Assembly: GCA_965263035.1 (NCBI GenBank)
Contig: OZ253580.1
Location: 1,600,001-1,664,000, forward strand
Origin: Acidobacteriota bacterium
Lineage (GTDB): Bacteria > Acidobacteriota > UBA6911 > RPQK01 > JAJDTT01
DNA length: 64,000 bases
Reading direction: 5' to 3'
The notes beneath the pieces were generated by a model. It saw only the letters and a program-made list of their open reading frames with translations, was not told the origin of the DNA and did not search any database. A program made the translations under genes and the position numbers. Positions 39,679 through 50,147 of the stretch are shown in pieces. Every line of letters begins with the position of its first letter. Positions within the stretch are counted from its first letter, which is position 1.

Positions 39679-40197
39679 CTATCCCGGGAGTCCCGCGATC
39701 CTGGTGGCGATCTTCAGGCTGATGGAGAACGCCTTGAAGATGCCGTTTACGAGTCCCGCCAACTCCTTGCGTTCCCGGACCTCCTGCGCCGCGGCGTCGA
39801 CGCCGGCGCGGAGGCCGTCCAGCTCGTCTGCGGTGAACAGCCGGTCCCACGTGAGCACGGCGCCGACGGTCAACGCGAACAGCTTCACGTTGATATCCCC
39901 CTTCTGCTCCAGGAGATCCGAGTATTCGCCCGCGTCGAGTTCGATGTCGTAGACGAGCCGGTCCTCGATGACCTCCCGCTCTTGCAGCAGGACTCTCTTG
40001 ACTTCGCCGCTCTCGGCGGACCCGGCTGTTCCGGCACTGCCGATCGCTTCCCGGACCCTCTCGATGGCAGCCAGCGCGGCGCTCTCCAATTCCGCCGTCT
40101 TGGCGTCCTTTCCCTGGTCCCGCAGGCCCGCGACCTCTCCAAAGAGAGAACGGGTGTCCTTGGCGATTCCCATCAGGTTGCCCATGTTCAAAGACAT
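39679..40197 (-). CDS. Hypothetical all-helical protein without signal peptide, amphipathic C-terminal helix
   Basis: 172 aa; GGAGG RBS inside the upstream gene end; 3 bp from the upstream stop. Confidence 0.8.
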   Translation of the reverse strand: MSLNMGNLMGIAKDTRSLFGEVAGLRDQGKDAKTAELESAALAAIERVREAIGSAGTAGSAESGEVKRVLLQEREVIEDRLVYDIELDAGEYSDLLEQKGDINVKLFALTVGAVLTWDRLFTADELDGLRAGVDAAAQEVRERKELAGLVNGIFKAFSISLKIATRIAGLPG

Positions 40198-40200
40198 TCC

Positions 40201-40890
40201 CTACTCCTCGGTCGGAACCAGTTCGATCGCCCGGTCCAGCACGTCCAGAAATTCCCGGAAGCCCTCCACAGCTTCCTCCAGGCGGTCCCGCTCTTTCTCG
40301 ACAACGGCCTCTGCCTTCTCCTGCTCGACCGCAGGCGACCTGCGGAGGCGCCGGGCCTCGGCCACGGCCAGGGCCACGCGGGACAGATCGATTTCGCCGA
40401 TCCGCTTGGACAGCGACGTGTCGGACAGGTACCGGGTCAGTTCCAACTGTCCGATCCGGAGCCGGCTGACCAGCGCGATCAGCCGGTCGAGCTCCGCCCG
40501 GCGTTGACCGTCGATCCCCCGGAGCCGGCGCAACTGGGCCGCCGAGACTTCATCGGCCGCCAGGTCGATCTCGGCGAGACGCATGAGAACCGCTGTCCGG
40601 AACGGCTCCTTCGTCCAAGACGTCCGCAGGCGCAGGGCAAGCTCGGCATGCTGGAACTCGCGGCGCGTGAGCCGTGCCTGAGTCAGCTCCGACTGAACCG
40701 CCCCGAAATAGAACTCCATGGCCTCCTGCCAAGCCTGTTTGTCGTGCCGTAGTTTCTTTTCGATCCGGTCCAGCGCGCCGGTGATCTTCTCGGACAACTG
40801 AACGAGTCCCGCGGGGGCGTCTTTGGCGGGGGCAGCGCCGGCGGACAGAGGCAGGAGTACGAGGGCGAAGAGCGTGGATGCGCGCGTCAT
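40201..40890 (-). CDS. Hypothetical secreted coiled-coil protein
   Basis: 229 aa; signal peptide MTRASTLFALVLLPLSAGA; ATGA overlap with the upstream gene. Confidence 0.8.
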   Translation of the reverse strand: MTRASTLFALVLLPLSAGAAPAKDAPAGLVQLSEKITGALDRIEKKLRHDKQAWQEAMEFYFGAVQSELTQARLTRREFQHAELALRLRTSWTKEPFRTAVLMRLAEIDLAADEVSAAQLRRLRGIDGQRRAELDRLIALVSRLRIGQLELTRYLSDTSLSKRIGEIDLSRVALAVAEARRLRRSPAVEQEKAEAVVEKERDRLEEAVEGFREFLDVLDRAIELVPTEE

Positions 40891-41423
40891 TGTGGTGTCC
40901 TCCCGTCCTGGCGCTTCAGAAGGCCGTCCAGACCGGTGCCGATCTCGGTCATTCGATCGGCGCTGGGACCGATGTCGGTCATGATGTACTCGTGAATCAA
41001 AGCCTGGCTCCGGTACAGGAGGTCCAACAGGCTGCTGAGAACGTCCATCTGCTCCTCGTGTTTCGGGCGCAGTTTCCGCAACGGGCCGGGGCGGCGCGCT
41101 TCCTGAGCCTGAATCTGCGCGATCCTCACGGCGACGGCGGCGGAAGCTCCCAGGGGATCGGGGTCATTGTTGGCCTTGACCGTCTCGACGGTGCGCTTCA
41201 GGACCCGGGCTTCTCTCCGTAATTCCATGGCCGAATCGAATAATTCATCCGCGTGGAGCTGATAGTCGGAGACGTTCTGTTGCGCGGACAGCAACCCCTC
41301 GAGCTGGGTGGCGGAAGCGTTCTTGATGTAGGTGGCTTTGGCACAGGCGGACAGCGGAAGAATCAGCACTGCGGCGAGCAGCAAGCGGCGGATTTCGTGC
41401 ATGGCAAGGCAAACGTGTTGCAT
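40887..41423 (-). CDS. Hypothetical helical lipoprotein
   Basis: 178 aa; RRLLLAAVLILPLSAC lipobox; GGAAGGGAG RBS. Confidence 0.8.
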   Translation of the reverse strand: MQHVCLAMHEIRRLLLAAVLILPLSACAKATYIKNASATQLEGLLSAQQNVSDYQLHADELFDSAMELRREARVLKRTVETVKANNDPDPLGASAAVAVRIAQIQAQEARRPGPLRKLRPKHEEQMDVLSSLLDLLYRSQALIHEYIMTDIGPSADRMTEIGTGLDGLLKRQDGRTPQ

Positions 41424-42185
41424 GGGTTCTCCCTTCCCGGATGACAGGGTGACGGAATTGGCCGGGTGGTCAACGGCCGCGAGCAGAGGTGCCGATACGC
41501 CCCGGTCCGAATTGAGTTCAGACAGGTAAGTGGAAGGCAGCGAAGCAGGAGAGCATGACCATTGCCGAAGAAGTTAGCACGAACGAGACGGAGATTGCTA
41601 CAGGTTGTGACCAACGCGTCCAACCCGGGCGGCAATTGACTGCGGATGCCGATCATCGCCGGCATCCGCGACACGCATGACGCCCGTTAGGCGGCGATTG
41701 GATGTTCGCTCTACATCAGAAAGCCCCAGACCAGTGCGCGGATCTTCTTCCCAGGGAGAGGAAACAAGAATTCACGCGGCAACTGACACGGATCGTTCGG
41801 GACCTTCCGGAATTGGACCTCCTTTGTCGTTGTGAAACCACTGGACGGAGAATGTGAAATGCAACTCAAGTGGACTATTCGTCTGGCGCAGGACGAGTTG
41901 GTTTAGAGGCAGTGGTCGCTCCGTTACGTGACGGAGTCGACTCAACGGTCTTGCTCTGGACATCGCATCAAAGCATCCAATGAATATTCTGTTAAAGTAT
42001 AGACTCCCAATGTGAACTTGTTGTGATTTATGAGTCTCACATAGTGACTATACCGTGATATTTCTTACAGGCGCCACCACTGGACCCGTACAAGCTCGAC
42101 GTGCCTCGTATCCGGATCCTCCGTCGAGCCCACGCATGGCGACGCCGAACCAGGTCTCACTCTTGAGGATGATGGGGGCGGACGG

Positions 42186-44543
42186 ATGAAGAGTCCCGAT
42201 GAGCTCAAAAAAGAGAACCAGGTGTTGCGGGAACGGATCTCCCAGCTGAGCGCCGCCAGCCTGCGCATCAGCGCGAGCCTCGACGTCGGCACTGTGTTGC
42301 GCGAGGTCGTGGAAAGCGCCCGCTCCCTGACCTGTTGTCGGTTTGGCGTAATTGTGACCATCGACGACTCGGGGCAGGTTCAGGACTTCGTTACTTCCGG
42401 CGTCACTCTGGACGAGAAGCAACGGATGTCGGACTGGGCCGACGGTCCCCGGCTCTTCGAGCATTTGCGGGACCTTCCGGAGTCACTGAGACTACGAGAC
42501 CTACCCAGCTACCTCCACTCACTCGACTTTTACCCAGACGAGATTCTGACGAAGACCTTCCAGGGAACGCCCCTGCGTTATCGGGGAGTGCATGTCGGCA
42601 ACTTCTTTCTAGGCGAGAAGGAAGGCGGACAGGAGTTCACGGGCGAGGACGAGGAGATTCTGGTGATGTTCGCTGCGCAGACAGCGACGGCCATCGCCAA
42701 TGCTCGCAAGCACCGGGACGAACAGCGGGCCCGGGCTGACCTGGAAGCCGTGATCGACACGTCGCCGGTGGGTGTTGTGGTCCTCGAGGCCAGGACCGGC
42801 AAAGTGGTGTCGTTGAATCGGGAGGCAAAGCGGATTGTCGGGAGCCTGCGCATGCCGGGCCAGCCCTTGGACCAGCTAACGGAGGTCATCACCTTGCGGC
42901 GCGCCGACGGCCAGGAGATCGCCTTCGCGGAGTTCCCCCTGGCGCAGGCGCTGGGCCTTGGCGAAACCGTACGCGCTGAGGAGGTCGTTCTCAAGGTCCC
43001 GGACGGACGAAGCGTCACGACCTTGGTCAACCTCACGCCGATTCGTTCCGAAGTCGGTGCAGTCGAATCCACGGTGGTCACCCTTCAGGACTTGGCGCAG
43101 CTGGAAGAGCTGGAGCGTTTAAGGGTCGAGTTCCTGAGCTTGGTGAGCCACGAACTTCGGACTCCGCTGACTTCCATCAAGGGCTCGACCGCCACGGTGC
43201 TGGGCACTTCGCAGGCCTTGGACCCGGCTGAGATGCTCCAGTTCTTCCGCATCATCGACGAGCAGGCCAATCACATGCGCGGCCTGATCAGCGACCTTCT
43301 GGACACGGGACGCATCGAGACCGGCATCCTGTCGGTCACCCTCGAGCCCACTGCGGTGGCCAGCTTGGTGGACCAAGCCCGGAATACGTTCCTGAGCGGG
43401 GGCGACAGGCACATCATCCAAATCGACCTGTCCCCGGAGCTGCCCCGGGTGATGGCCGACCGACGGCGCATTGTCCAGGTATTGAACAACCTCTTGGCCA
43501 ACGCGTCCCGGAATTCTCCCGAGTCGTCCCCAATCCGGATCTCCGCGGTTTGGGACGACGTTCACGTGGCGATCTCGGTATCGGACAGAGGCCGAGGGGT
43601 CCCGTCGGAACTGCTGCCGCACCTGTTCCGGAAGCACGCACGTGTCGCCAGCGGCGATCGTGGGATCGCAGGGTCCGGGCTCGGACTGGCCATCTGCAAG
43701 GGTCTGGTGGAGGCTCACGGGGGGCGCATCCGGGCCGAGAGTGGCGGGCCGGGGCTGGGTGCGCGGTTCACCTTCACGATTCCGGTGGCCGAAGACGCCG
43801 GGAACGGCGCAGCAGCCGGGGTCGCCCGCAGCACGACCCGCCCGACTCGGGTAGGGCGGGAGCGAACGCTCATCCTGGTGGTGGACGATGACCCGCACAC
43901 GCTCCACTACGTTCGGGACGCTCTGACGGCGGCCGGCTACGCCCCGCTCGTGACGGGAGACCCTCACGAGGTTTCCCAGATGATCAAGACGAAGAAGCCG
44001 CGACTGGTCCTACTGGACCTGATGTTGCCTGGGACCGATGGAATAGAACTGATGGAGCGCCTCCCCGAGCTGGCCGAGCTGCCAGTCATTTTCATCTCCG
44101 GCTACGGAAGGGACGAAACGATCGCGAGGGCATTGAAGGTCGGGGCTGCCGATTACATCGTCAAACCCTTTTCGCCGACGGAACTGGTGGCGAGAGTCCA
44201 GGCGGCCCTGCGCCGGAGCGACGAGCCGCGCGAACCCTTCCGGTTGCAGGACCTGGCCATCCACTACGAAGAACGCCGGGTGATCCTCGCCGGCCGTCCG
44301 GTGCAGCTGACGGTCACCGAATACGAGCTGCTCCGAGTGCTATCGGTCAACGCGGGACGGGTAGTGACCTACGAATCCCTGCTGCGCCAAGTCTGGGATG
44401 GGCGGGGGGGCGGCGACTTTCGTCCGGTGCGCGCCTTTGTGAAGAAGCTCCGTCACAAGCTGGGCGACAACGCGACCGGTCCAACGTACATCTTTACCGA
44501 GCGCCAAGTCGGTTACCGAATGGCCAAGCCAAGCGACTTGTGA
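42186..44543 (+). CDS. Hybrid GAF-PAS histidine kinase fused to an OmpR-type response regulator (REC plus winged helix)
   Basis: VSHELRTPL H-box, NLLANA, DRGRG and GSGLGL; REC VVDDD, LLDLMLP, KPF; wHTH LTVTEYELL...IFTERQVGYR. Confidence 0.92.
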   Translation: MKSPDELKKENQVLRERISQLSAASLRISASLDVGTVLREVVESARSLTCCRFGVIVTIDDSGQVQDFVTSGVTLDEKQRMSDWADGPRLFEHLRDLPESLRLRDLPSYLHSLDFYPDEILTKTFQGTPLRYRGVHVGNFFLGEKEGGQEFTGEDEEILVMFAAQTATAIANARKHRDEQRARADLEAVIDTSPVGVVVLEARTGKVVSLNREAKRIVGSLRMPGQPLDQLTEVITLRRADGQEIAFAEFPLAQALGLGETVRAEEVVLKVPDGRSVTTLVNLTPIRSEVGAVESTVVTLQDLAQLEELERLRVEFLSLVSHELRTPLTSIKGSTATVLGTSQALDPAEMLQFFRIIDEQANHMRGLISDLLDTGRIETGILSVTLEPTAVASLVDQARNTFLSGGDRHIIQIDLSPELPRVMADRRRIVQVLNNLLANASRNSPESSPIRISAVWDDVHVAISVSDRGRGVPSELLPHLFRKHARVASGDRGIAGSGLGLAICKGLVEAHGGRIRAESGGPGLGARFTFTIPVAEDAGNGAAAGVARSTTRPTRVGRERTLILVVDDDPHTLHYVRDALTAAGYAPLVTGDPHEVSQMIKTKKPRLVLLDLMLPGTDGIELMERLPELAELPVIFISGYGRDETIARALKVGAADYIVKPFSPTELVARVQAALRRSDEPREPFRLQDLAIHYEERRVILAGRPVQLTVTEYELLRVLSVNAGRVVTYESLLRQVWDGRGGGDFRPVRAFVKKLRHKLGDNATGPTYIFTERQVGYRMAKPSDL

Positions 44544-44626
44544 GGACCCGCTCTTCCGGGTCGAAAGAAACCGGCGTGCGAGCCCGCGAACGGTATTGGA
44601 TGCCGGAGGGACCTGTCCGCTCCCGG

Positions 44627-46051
44627 TCAAGACCGTCCGCCTATAGGCAAAAGCTCCACGCCTTCCCCCTCCTCGGGTCTCCTGATGCGGAAACGGACCG
44701 AAGTCACTTCCGATCCATGGGGACCGAATCGGTTCTTGAAGCCCTCCCGCTGGCCGACCATGAAGATGGAGCCGTCCTCCAGCACGCAGGCGCTGGGGTA
44801 GTAGGCCTTGGGATCGCACTTGAAGCCGCGTCCCGGCGCCGGTTTGACCCAGGTCTTTCCATTGTCGCGGCTGTAGATCACTTCTCCGTTGTTCGGCACC
44901 TTGGGATCGTCGCCGCTGAGTCTGTGGCGGCCTCCAAAGACGACGGCGGTGACCCCGTCGGGCGTCGCCACCACATCCCCCCGCCGGTACAATTTAAGGC
45001 CGAGAAACTCGCTTCCAAAGTTGGGATCTTCGATGATCGGGTCGGTCAGGAGCAGACGCGGCGGGGACCAGGTCCTTCCGTCGTCGTAAGACTGAAACCA
45101 GGCCGACGTCGGCCGGCAGGGGAAACCCAGGCTGCCGTCCGGCAGGTAGGCGGCCGTGCCTTCGTCCATATCGTAGTCATTGCTGCCGATCACCGACACG
45201 GTCGACCAGGTGCGGCCCATGTCCCCGGAGCGCATGAGGAGCATGAGCCAACGAGGGTATTCGCTGGACCATCCCTTTCCCCCAGGAATGGGTGAGGCGG
45301 AGGCGAAGAGCCGCAGCGAACCATCCTTGCCCTCGAACATGCTGTAGGGAGCGTCCATATCGGCGAGCCCGACGAAGCGTGTCACCTCCTTCCAGGTGTG
45401 GCCATTGTCGTCGCTTCGAAAGATGAGGGTCTTCGATTGCCGGTTGACCGCAATTCGGGCGTATTCGAGGGCAGTCAAGGGCATCTGGTTGAAGTAGCCC
45501 CAATGGGGTTTCAGGCGGGCTCCCGCAATCATCGTCCCGTCACTCAGCTGCACCACGTCACCGACGTAGTAGGCGCCAGGCACCACCGGAAACGAGCGGG
45601 GCCGGCTCCAGGTCTTCCCCTGGTCCCGGCTCCGGATCCACATCATCCTTCCGCCCTCGGGCGCATCCCAATCCACGAGCCATTCTCGATCCGGCCGTTT
45701 CAAGCGCTCCTGTGCCTCAGCAGGCATGTCCCAGGGGGTGGGCCAGGAAGCGTGCCAATAGCCGGCCGAGAAGGTCACGAACAGGTCGCCGTTCTGCAGC
45801 CGGCACACCGTCGGCCACCCGCAATAACCGCCAAACCCGGGGAAGGGATCCGGAGGGTTAACGTCGGGGGAGACGATGATCCGCCGGTACTTCTCGAAAT
45901 CGACCTTGGGCTCGCCGCCCGTAATCAAAGCCTCGACAGGTGGAATAGAAGCCGCGGCTGACTTCTTCTTGCCTGCTCTGACGAGACCGGTGGTTGCCAA
46001 TGCGGCTGCTGAAGTGGACAGATATTCGCGGCGGGTCAGTTGGACAGCCAT
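44627..46051 (-). CDS. Tat-exported sialidase-like BNR/Asp-box beta-propeller protein
   Basis: TRREYL twin-arginine signal; five S.D.G.TW Asp-boxes. Confidence 0.85.
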   Translation of the reverse strand: MAVQLTRREYLSTSAAALATTGLVRAGKKKSAAASIPPVEALITGGEPKVDFEKYRRIIVSPDVNPPDPFPGFGGYCGWPTVCRLQNGDLFVTFSAGYWHASWPTPWDMPAEAQERLKRPDREWLVDWDAPEGGRMMWIRSRDQGKTWSRPRSFPVVPGAYYVGDVVQLSDGTMIAGARLKPHWGYFNQMPLTALEYARIAVNRQSKTLIFRSDDNGHTWKEVTRFVGLADMDAPYSMFEGKDGSLRLFASASPIPGGKGWSSEYPRWLMLLMRSGDMGRTWSTVSVIGSNDYDMDEGTAAYLPDGSLGFPCRPTSAWFQSYDDGRTWSPPRLLLTDPIIEDPNFGSEFLGLKLYRRGDVVATPDGVTAVVFGGRHRLSGDDPKVPNNGEVIYSRDNGKTWVKPAPGRGFKCDPKAYYPSACVLEDGSIFMVGQREGFKNRFGPHGSEVTSVRFRIRRPEEGEGVELLPIGGRS

Positions 46052-46092
46052 CTCGTAGCTTCCTCGTTATACGAATTGAACTAATCGACCTA

Positions 46093-47311
46093 GTACCCCG
46101 TAACACTTAAAGTTGTGGATACAGGCTCTTCAGCTTGATCCGTGCATCCTCCGTCTTGAACTGCCAGTCGATCTCGGTTTGCCGTTGGTTCCGATCCGCA
46201 ACCCAAGCCCCGATCTCACGTTGCATCCCGGCCAGGCTTGGAATCCGGCGGTCCAGGCATTGTCCGCACAGCGCGCTCAATTCGATTTCTGCAATGTTGA
46301 GCCAACTGCCGTGCTTAGGCGTGTAGTGGATTTCCAGTCGTTGTGCCAGTTGGCGAGCGTGTCGAGGCTCGTAGGTCGCGTACAGCGATTCGATTCCGTG
46401 CGTGTTCAGGTTGTCCAAGACCAGGACCACCCGCTCGGCCTCCGGGTATCGCCTCTCCAACATGCCCTCGATCCACCGGGCCCAATCCTGTCGCGTGCGC
46501 CGCTCGGTCGCCTCCACATGGCAGCGGCCGGTCAGTGGCTCCACCTCCAGGAAGATCTGCGCGACCCCGTTGCGCACATACTCATGCTCGACTCGCTCCG
46601 GCTGGCCGGGCGCGACCGGCAAAGGCTCCCGCACTTCTCCGATCAACTGCTTGTTGGTCTCGTCCATGCAGACCACCGGACGACGGGGGTCGTACGGACG
46701 GGCATAGACTTCTAAAACGTCCTCCATGCAGGCTACGAATGCGGCGCTGCCCCGGGGCGGGATCCGCCAATACTTCTTCCGATGAGGCTGCAGTTGGTTT
46801 TTTTTAGCGTCCGCTGCACCGTCATCACCGACACCCGCTCGACCCAGCCCAGTTCCACTACTTTCTCCGCCAGCAGGCGCAGGGTCCAGCGCTTCCGTCC
46901 TGGCGGGGCCGGGGAGCAGGCCAAGGCGACCAGGCGAGCCTCGAACGCGCCGTCGAAGATCACTTTCCGCGGCGGCCGCACCCGCCGCTTGCGCTCCAAG
47001 GCGAACTCCAAACCCTGCTCCACAAACCGCCGTTTCAAGTGCTCGATCGTGCGGGCCGAGACGCCCAGCGCCTCGGCCACCCGGGCCACGGTCCATCCCG
47101 GCCCTTCCGGCCCGCGGTCGCACAACAACAGCGCCCGCGCGTACAGGAACCGCTTGCCGGTGGTCTTGGTCGCGGCCCGGGTCAAGGCCTTCAATTCTGA
47201 GCGCTCTTCCACAGTGAGCGTGACACGATAGCGTGGTGCCATGAGAACTCCTCCTTCCGAGTCCTCCAGCCTCCCACCATAGTATACGAACAATTACATG
47301 TTATTGGGTAC
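46093..47311 (-). mobile_element. IS630-family insertion sequence inserted in the TA of the CTAG flanking MITE copy 2
   Basis: TIRs GTACCCCGTAACA / TGTTATTGGGTAC (11/13); TA duplicated at 46091-92 and 47312-13. Confidence 0.9.
46107..47242 (-). CDS. IS630 transposase, two ORFs joined by a -1 frameshift at an A9 tract
   Basis: OrfA MAPRYRVTL..RWTLRLLA..QRTLKK; CTA AAA AAA AC slippery run at ~46798-46806; OrfB VCMDET, LDNLNTH, PKHGSWLNIAE (DDE). Confidence 0.9.
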
Positions 47312-47314
47312 TAG

Positions 47315-47473
47315 GAGCCTGCGCCGCAGAAATTGATCTACTGCGAAAGCGGTAGAAGCGGTCCATATTTCCTCGATTTCTCGGCGAATAGAACAACTAT
47401 GCACCTCAAAATCGAGAAAATCCGGCCTCGATTCCCCACTTTCTCGCTACGATCATTTCTACCGCGCAGACTC
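47315..47473 (+). mobile_element. 159-bp MITE, copy 2
   Basis: GAGCCTGCGCCGCAGAAATTGATC...GATCATTTCTACCGCGCAGACTC; flanks CTAG and CAAG. Confidence 0.93.
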
Positions 47474-48974
47474 CAAGCCCGAAGATATCTTCAGGCCTGC
47501 CTTGTTCTTTATCGCATACGGGGTTCCCCGTCTCTATCGGAACCGTGCGCCAAGGGCATGAAGACGGAACTGGACCGAGGGTCGGAGCCAGGAATTCACC
47601 GATGGGCGCCGGAATGTAAGGGTAGGAGCGGCGGCTTTCCAGGCACCGCTCCCCATCCGCCGAACTCCGGTGGAGCCAAGGGACGAGGAGGAACGGGGGA
47701 CAAGAATGTCCCCCTCCCAGCGGGGACGAGCCTGTCTTCACTCTTTCCTCTTTCCTTTATTTCTCAAGGAATCTCGGTAGCCCTGTAGACCACCATTTCC
47801 TCTCTCTTCGTGCCGATACCGGCAACTGCACCTAGTCCGGCTCCTATTGCGGTTCCGACCCCAGCTGTCATCAAGACCACCAACGCAACCCCAGCCAGAT
47901 TCAGGTCGCCAGCTCCGCTTTTGGCGATTCCGAACAAGGGCACACCGAGTCCAACTGCGGCTCCGATTTGGGCTCCCATTTTTGCCTTTTCTCCCACGCC
48001 ATCCATCTTCCGAGTGGTAATGGTCCGGACATCCGTTTTTGGAATGACCGCCCGAACGGAGCCGGTCTCGACGTCCAGCTCTGAAGCGAACAAGCCTTCC
48101 AAGTCTCCGATGACTTGATCTCCGTTCTTGAGCTCAACCGCAATCGGCGTTCCCAGATCCAGCTCGGATACCTTCTCCCAACGTCCTGGGATGACCTCCG
48201 CTCGCGCCGGCAGTGCGATCAGTACCACCAGGATCAAAGAGAAGACTTGCATCCGGCACGTTTTCATCATAGCGCTTGTCATCATGGCACCCACCTCCTT
48301 GAAGTTTCTCCGCCACTCGCCGGCGGCGCCCAAGGTCACCGCCGAATCATGGATTTCCCGTCCCCTCAGGGCTCGGAGCGTCCCGGAGAAGGACAGCGAC
48401 TCGGTATCAGGAGATGTGATTTTTTCGTCGGAAGGGGCTCAGCCAAGCCGGAATGGGTTGGGCTGGACAGAACGCCGGGTTGCTTGGGAAAGAACGCCAC
48501 CAAATCCGTGAACTGCAGTGAACCGACTTGGGCCGGCCGGGGACAGGGCTACGTGATGGGCCGAAGACAGAGCATCCAGGTCAGTGAGGGAGTCTGGACC
48601 AAACCCACTGCCCGTGCTGCTTCCCGGTGTGGAGGCGTCCTGTATTTTCGACGGTTTCCTGGCCGCCGTCCTAGACCCATTTCAGGGTTCCGGCCCCCTG
48701 AGCCATGCCCTCGGCCCACTCGACCGTCCAACTCACAGTAGCGTCCGGCCGGAGGTTCGAAGTCCAGACATGGCATCCCGGTTGGTTAGACAACTCCCTC
48801 CAGCAGGCCGTGCCCTTCGGCGGGCCCGCGCACGTGGGTCTGCCCTGGAGCAAGGCCACCGACCCCGCTCGGGACTTCCGATCGGTGTCCGTCCCGGCCT
48901 GGGGAGGGCTCAACAGGACCCAGACAAGAACACTCGGAATCCCTAGGGGCATGGGAGTTTTCTCCCGTGTGTCA
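47474..48974. repeat. Duplicated cassette, copy A (left edge displaced to ~46080 by IS630 plus MITE)
   Basis: Colinear with 49185..50580; near-identical over 47474-47760, includes a GTAG REPIN at 47622..47720 and ends in the CATGGGAG-TTTT-CTCCCGTG hairpin. Confidence 0.88.
47764..48285 (-). CDS. 173-aa secreted protein: small beta domain plus glycine-zipper membrane segment
   Basis: ATG after AAGGAGG; signal ..ALPARA; VIPGRWEKV..VELKNGD; GAQIGAAVG..GTAIGAGLG glycine zippers. Confidence 0.82.
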   Translation of the reverse strand: MMTSAMMKTCRMQVFSLILVVLIALPARAEVIPGRWEKVSELDLGTPIAVELKNGDQVIGDLEGLFASELDVETGSVRAVIPKTDVRTITTRKMDGVGEKAKMGAQIGAAVGLGVPLFGIAKSGAGDLNLAGVALVVLMTAGVGTAIGAGLGAVAGIGTKREEMVVYRATEIP

Positions 48975-49462
48975 TTTGGGCGGAGATGGGGACGCGTGCC
49001 CGTCACCAGTGCCGAACCGCCTCGGACCCGGCCGGTCCGAGGCTGCAACGACTGACGGAACCGACGCCGCTGCAGCGACGGGCGATAGAGTTGATCCAGG
49101 CGTTCCCAGTGACGACCAAAGCAGCTTCGTGACTTATCCTTTTATAATCAAGGAGTTATGTTGTCTTCGTGTCTGGAACTTCGGACTAATCGACCAAGCC
49201 CGAAGATATCTTCAGGCCTGCCTTGTTCTTTATCGCATACGGGGTTCCCCGTCTCTATCGGAACCGTGCGCCAAGGGCATGAAGACGGAACTGGACCGAG
49301 GGTCGGAGCCAGGAATTCACCGATGGGCGCCGGAATGTAAGGGTAGGAGCGGCGGCTTTCCAGGCACCGAACTCCGGTGGAGCCAAGAGACGAGGAGCAA
49401 CGGGGGACAAGAATGTCCCCTCCCAGCGGGGGCGAGCCTGTCTTCACTCTTTCCTATATTTC

Positions 49463-50147
49463 TCAAGGAATCTCGGGAGCTTCGTAGATCACGATTGCCA
49501 TACTTTTCATGCCGGCATCGGCAACGGCACCTAGGAGCCTGCGCCGCAGAAATTGATCTACTGCGAAAGCGGTAGAATCGGTCCATATTTCCCCGATTTC
49601 TCGGCGAATAGAACAACTATGCACCTCAAAATCGAGAAAATCTGGCCTCGATTCCCCACTTTCTCGCTACGATCATTTCTACCGCACAGACTCCTAGCCC
49701 AGCACCAATTGCTGTTGCGATCCCAGAAAATACCAGCGTGTAAAACACCACACCGGCCCCAGTCAGATCGCCGGTTCCATTGGCGGCAAAGTCGGCCAAA
49801 GAGACGCCGGCACCAACTGCAGCGCCGACTGCGGCGCCAATGGCGGCTCCGTTACCCAGACCATCCTTCGGCTGAATTGAAATTGTCTGGATGGCCTCTT
49901 TCGGAATGACCACTCGAACGGAACCCGTCTCGATGTTCACCCCTGACGCGGACAGACCTACAAAATGCCCTTCGAGTGGATCCCCATTCTTCAGTTCCAA
50001 CGTGATGCGCGCTTCCAAGTCCAGATTTGCGACCTTCTCCCAGCGTCCCGGGATCACCCCGGCCCGCACCGGCTGCAAGATCAGACCCGCCAGGATCAAT
50101 GAGACGATTTGCAGCCGATACGACTGAATCAACTTTCCGTTCATCAT
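49463..50147 (-). pseudogene. Paralog of 47764..48285 interrupted near its 3' end by MITE copy 3
   Basis: Removing 159+4 bp restores a 522-bp ORF, the same length as the paralog, ending GLGAVADAGMKSMAIVIYEAPEIP*. Currently the frame stops inside the MITE at 49626. Confidence 0.88.
49535..49693 (+). mobile_element. 159-bp MITE, copy 3
   Basis: CTAG on both flanks (49531, 49694); interrupts a CDS. Confidence 0.95.

Noticed and set aside
39388-41423. Prophage lysis cassette
   Set aside because: No endolysin, integrase or structural phage genes nearby; kept only as an unknown operon.
41479-41496. GGCAC..GC sigma54-like site upstream of the four-gene operon
   Set aside because: Spacing is off by one base, and sigma54 spacing is strict.
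42022-42041. TGTGA...TCACA CRP-like site upstream of the hybrid kinase
   Set aside because: The spacer is 10 bp rather than 6; unsupported.
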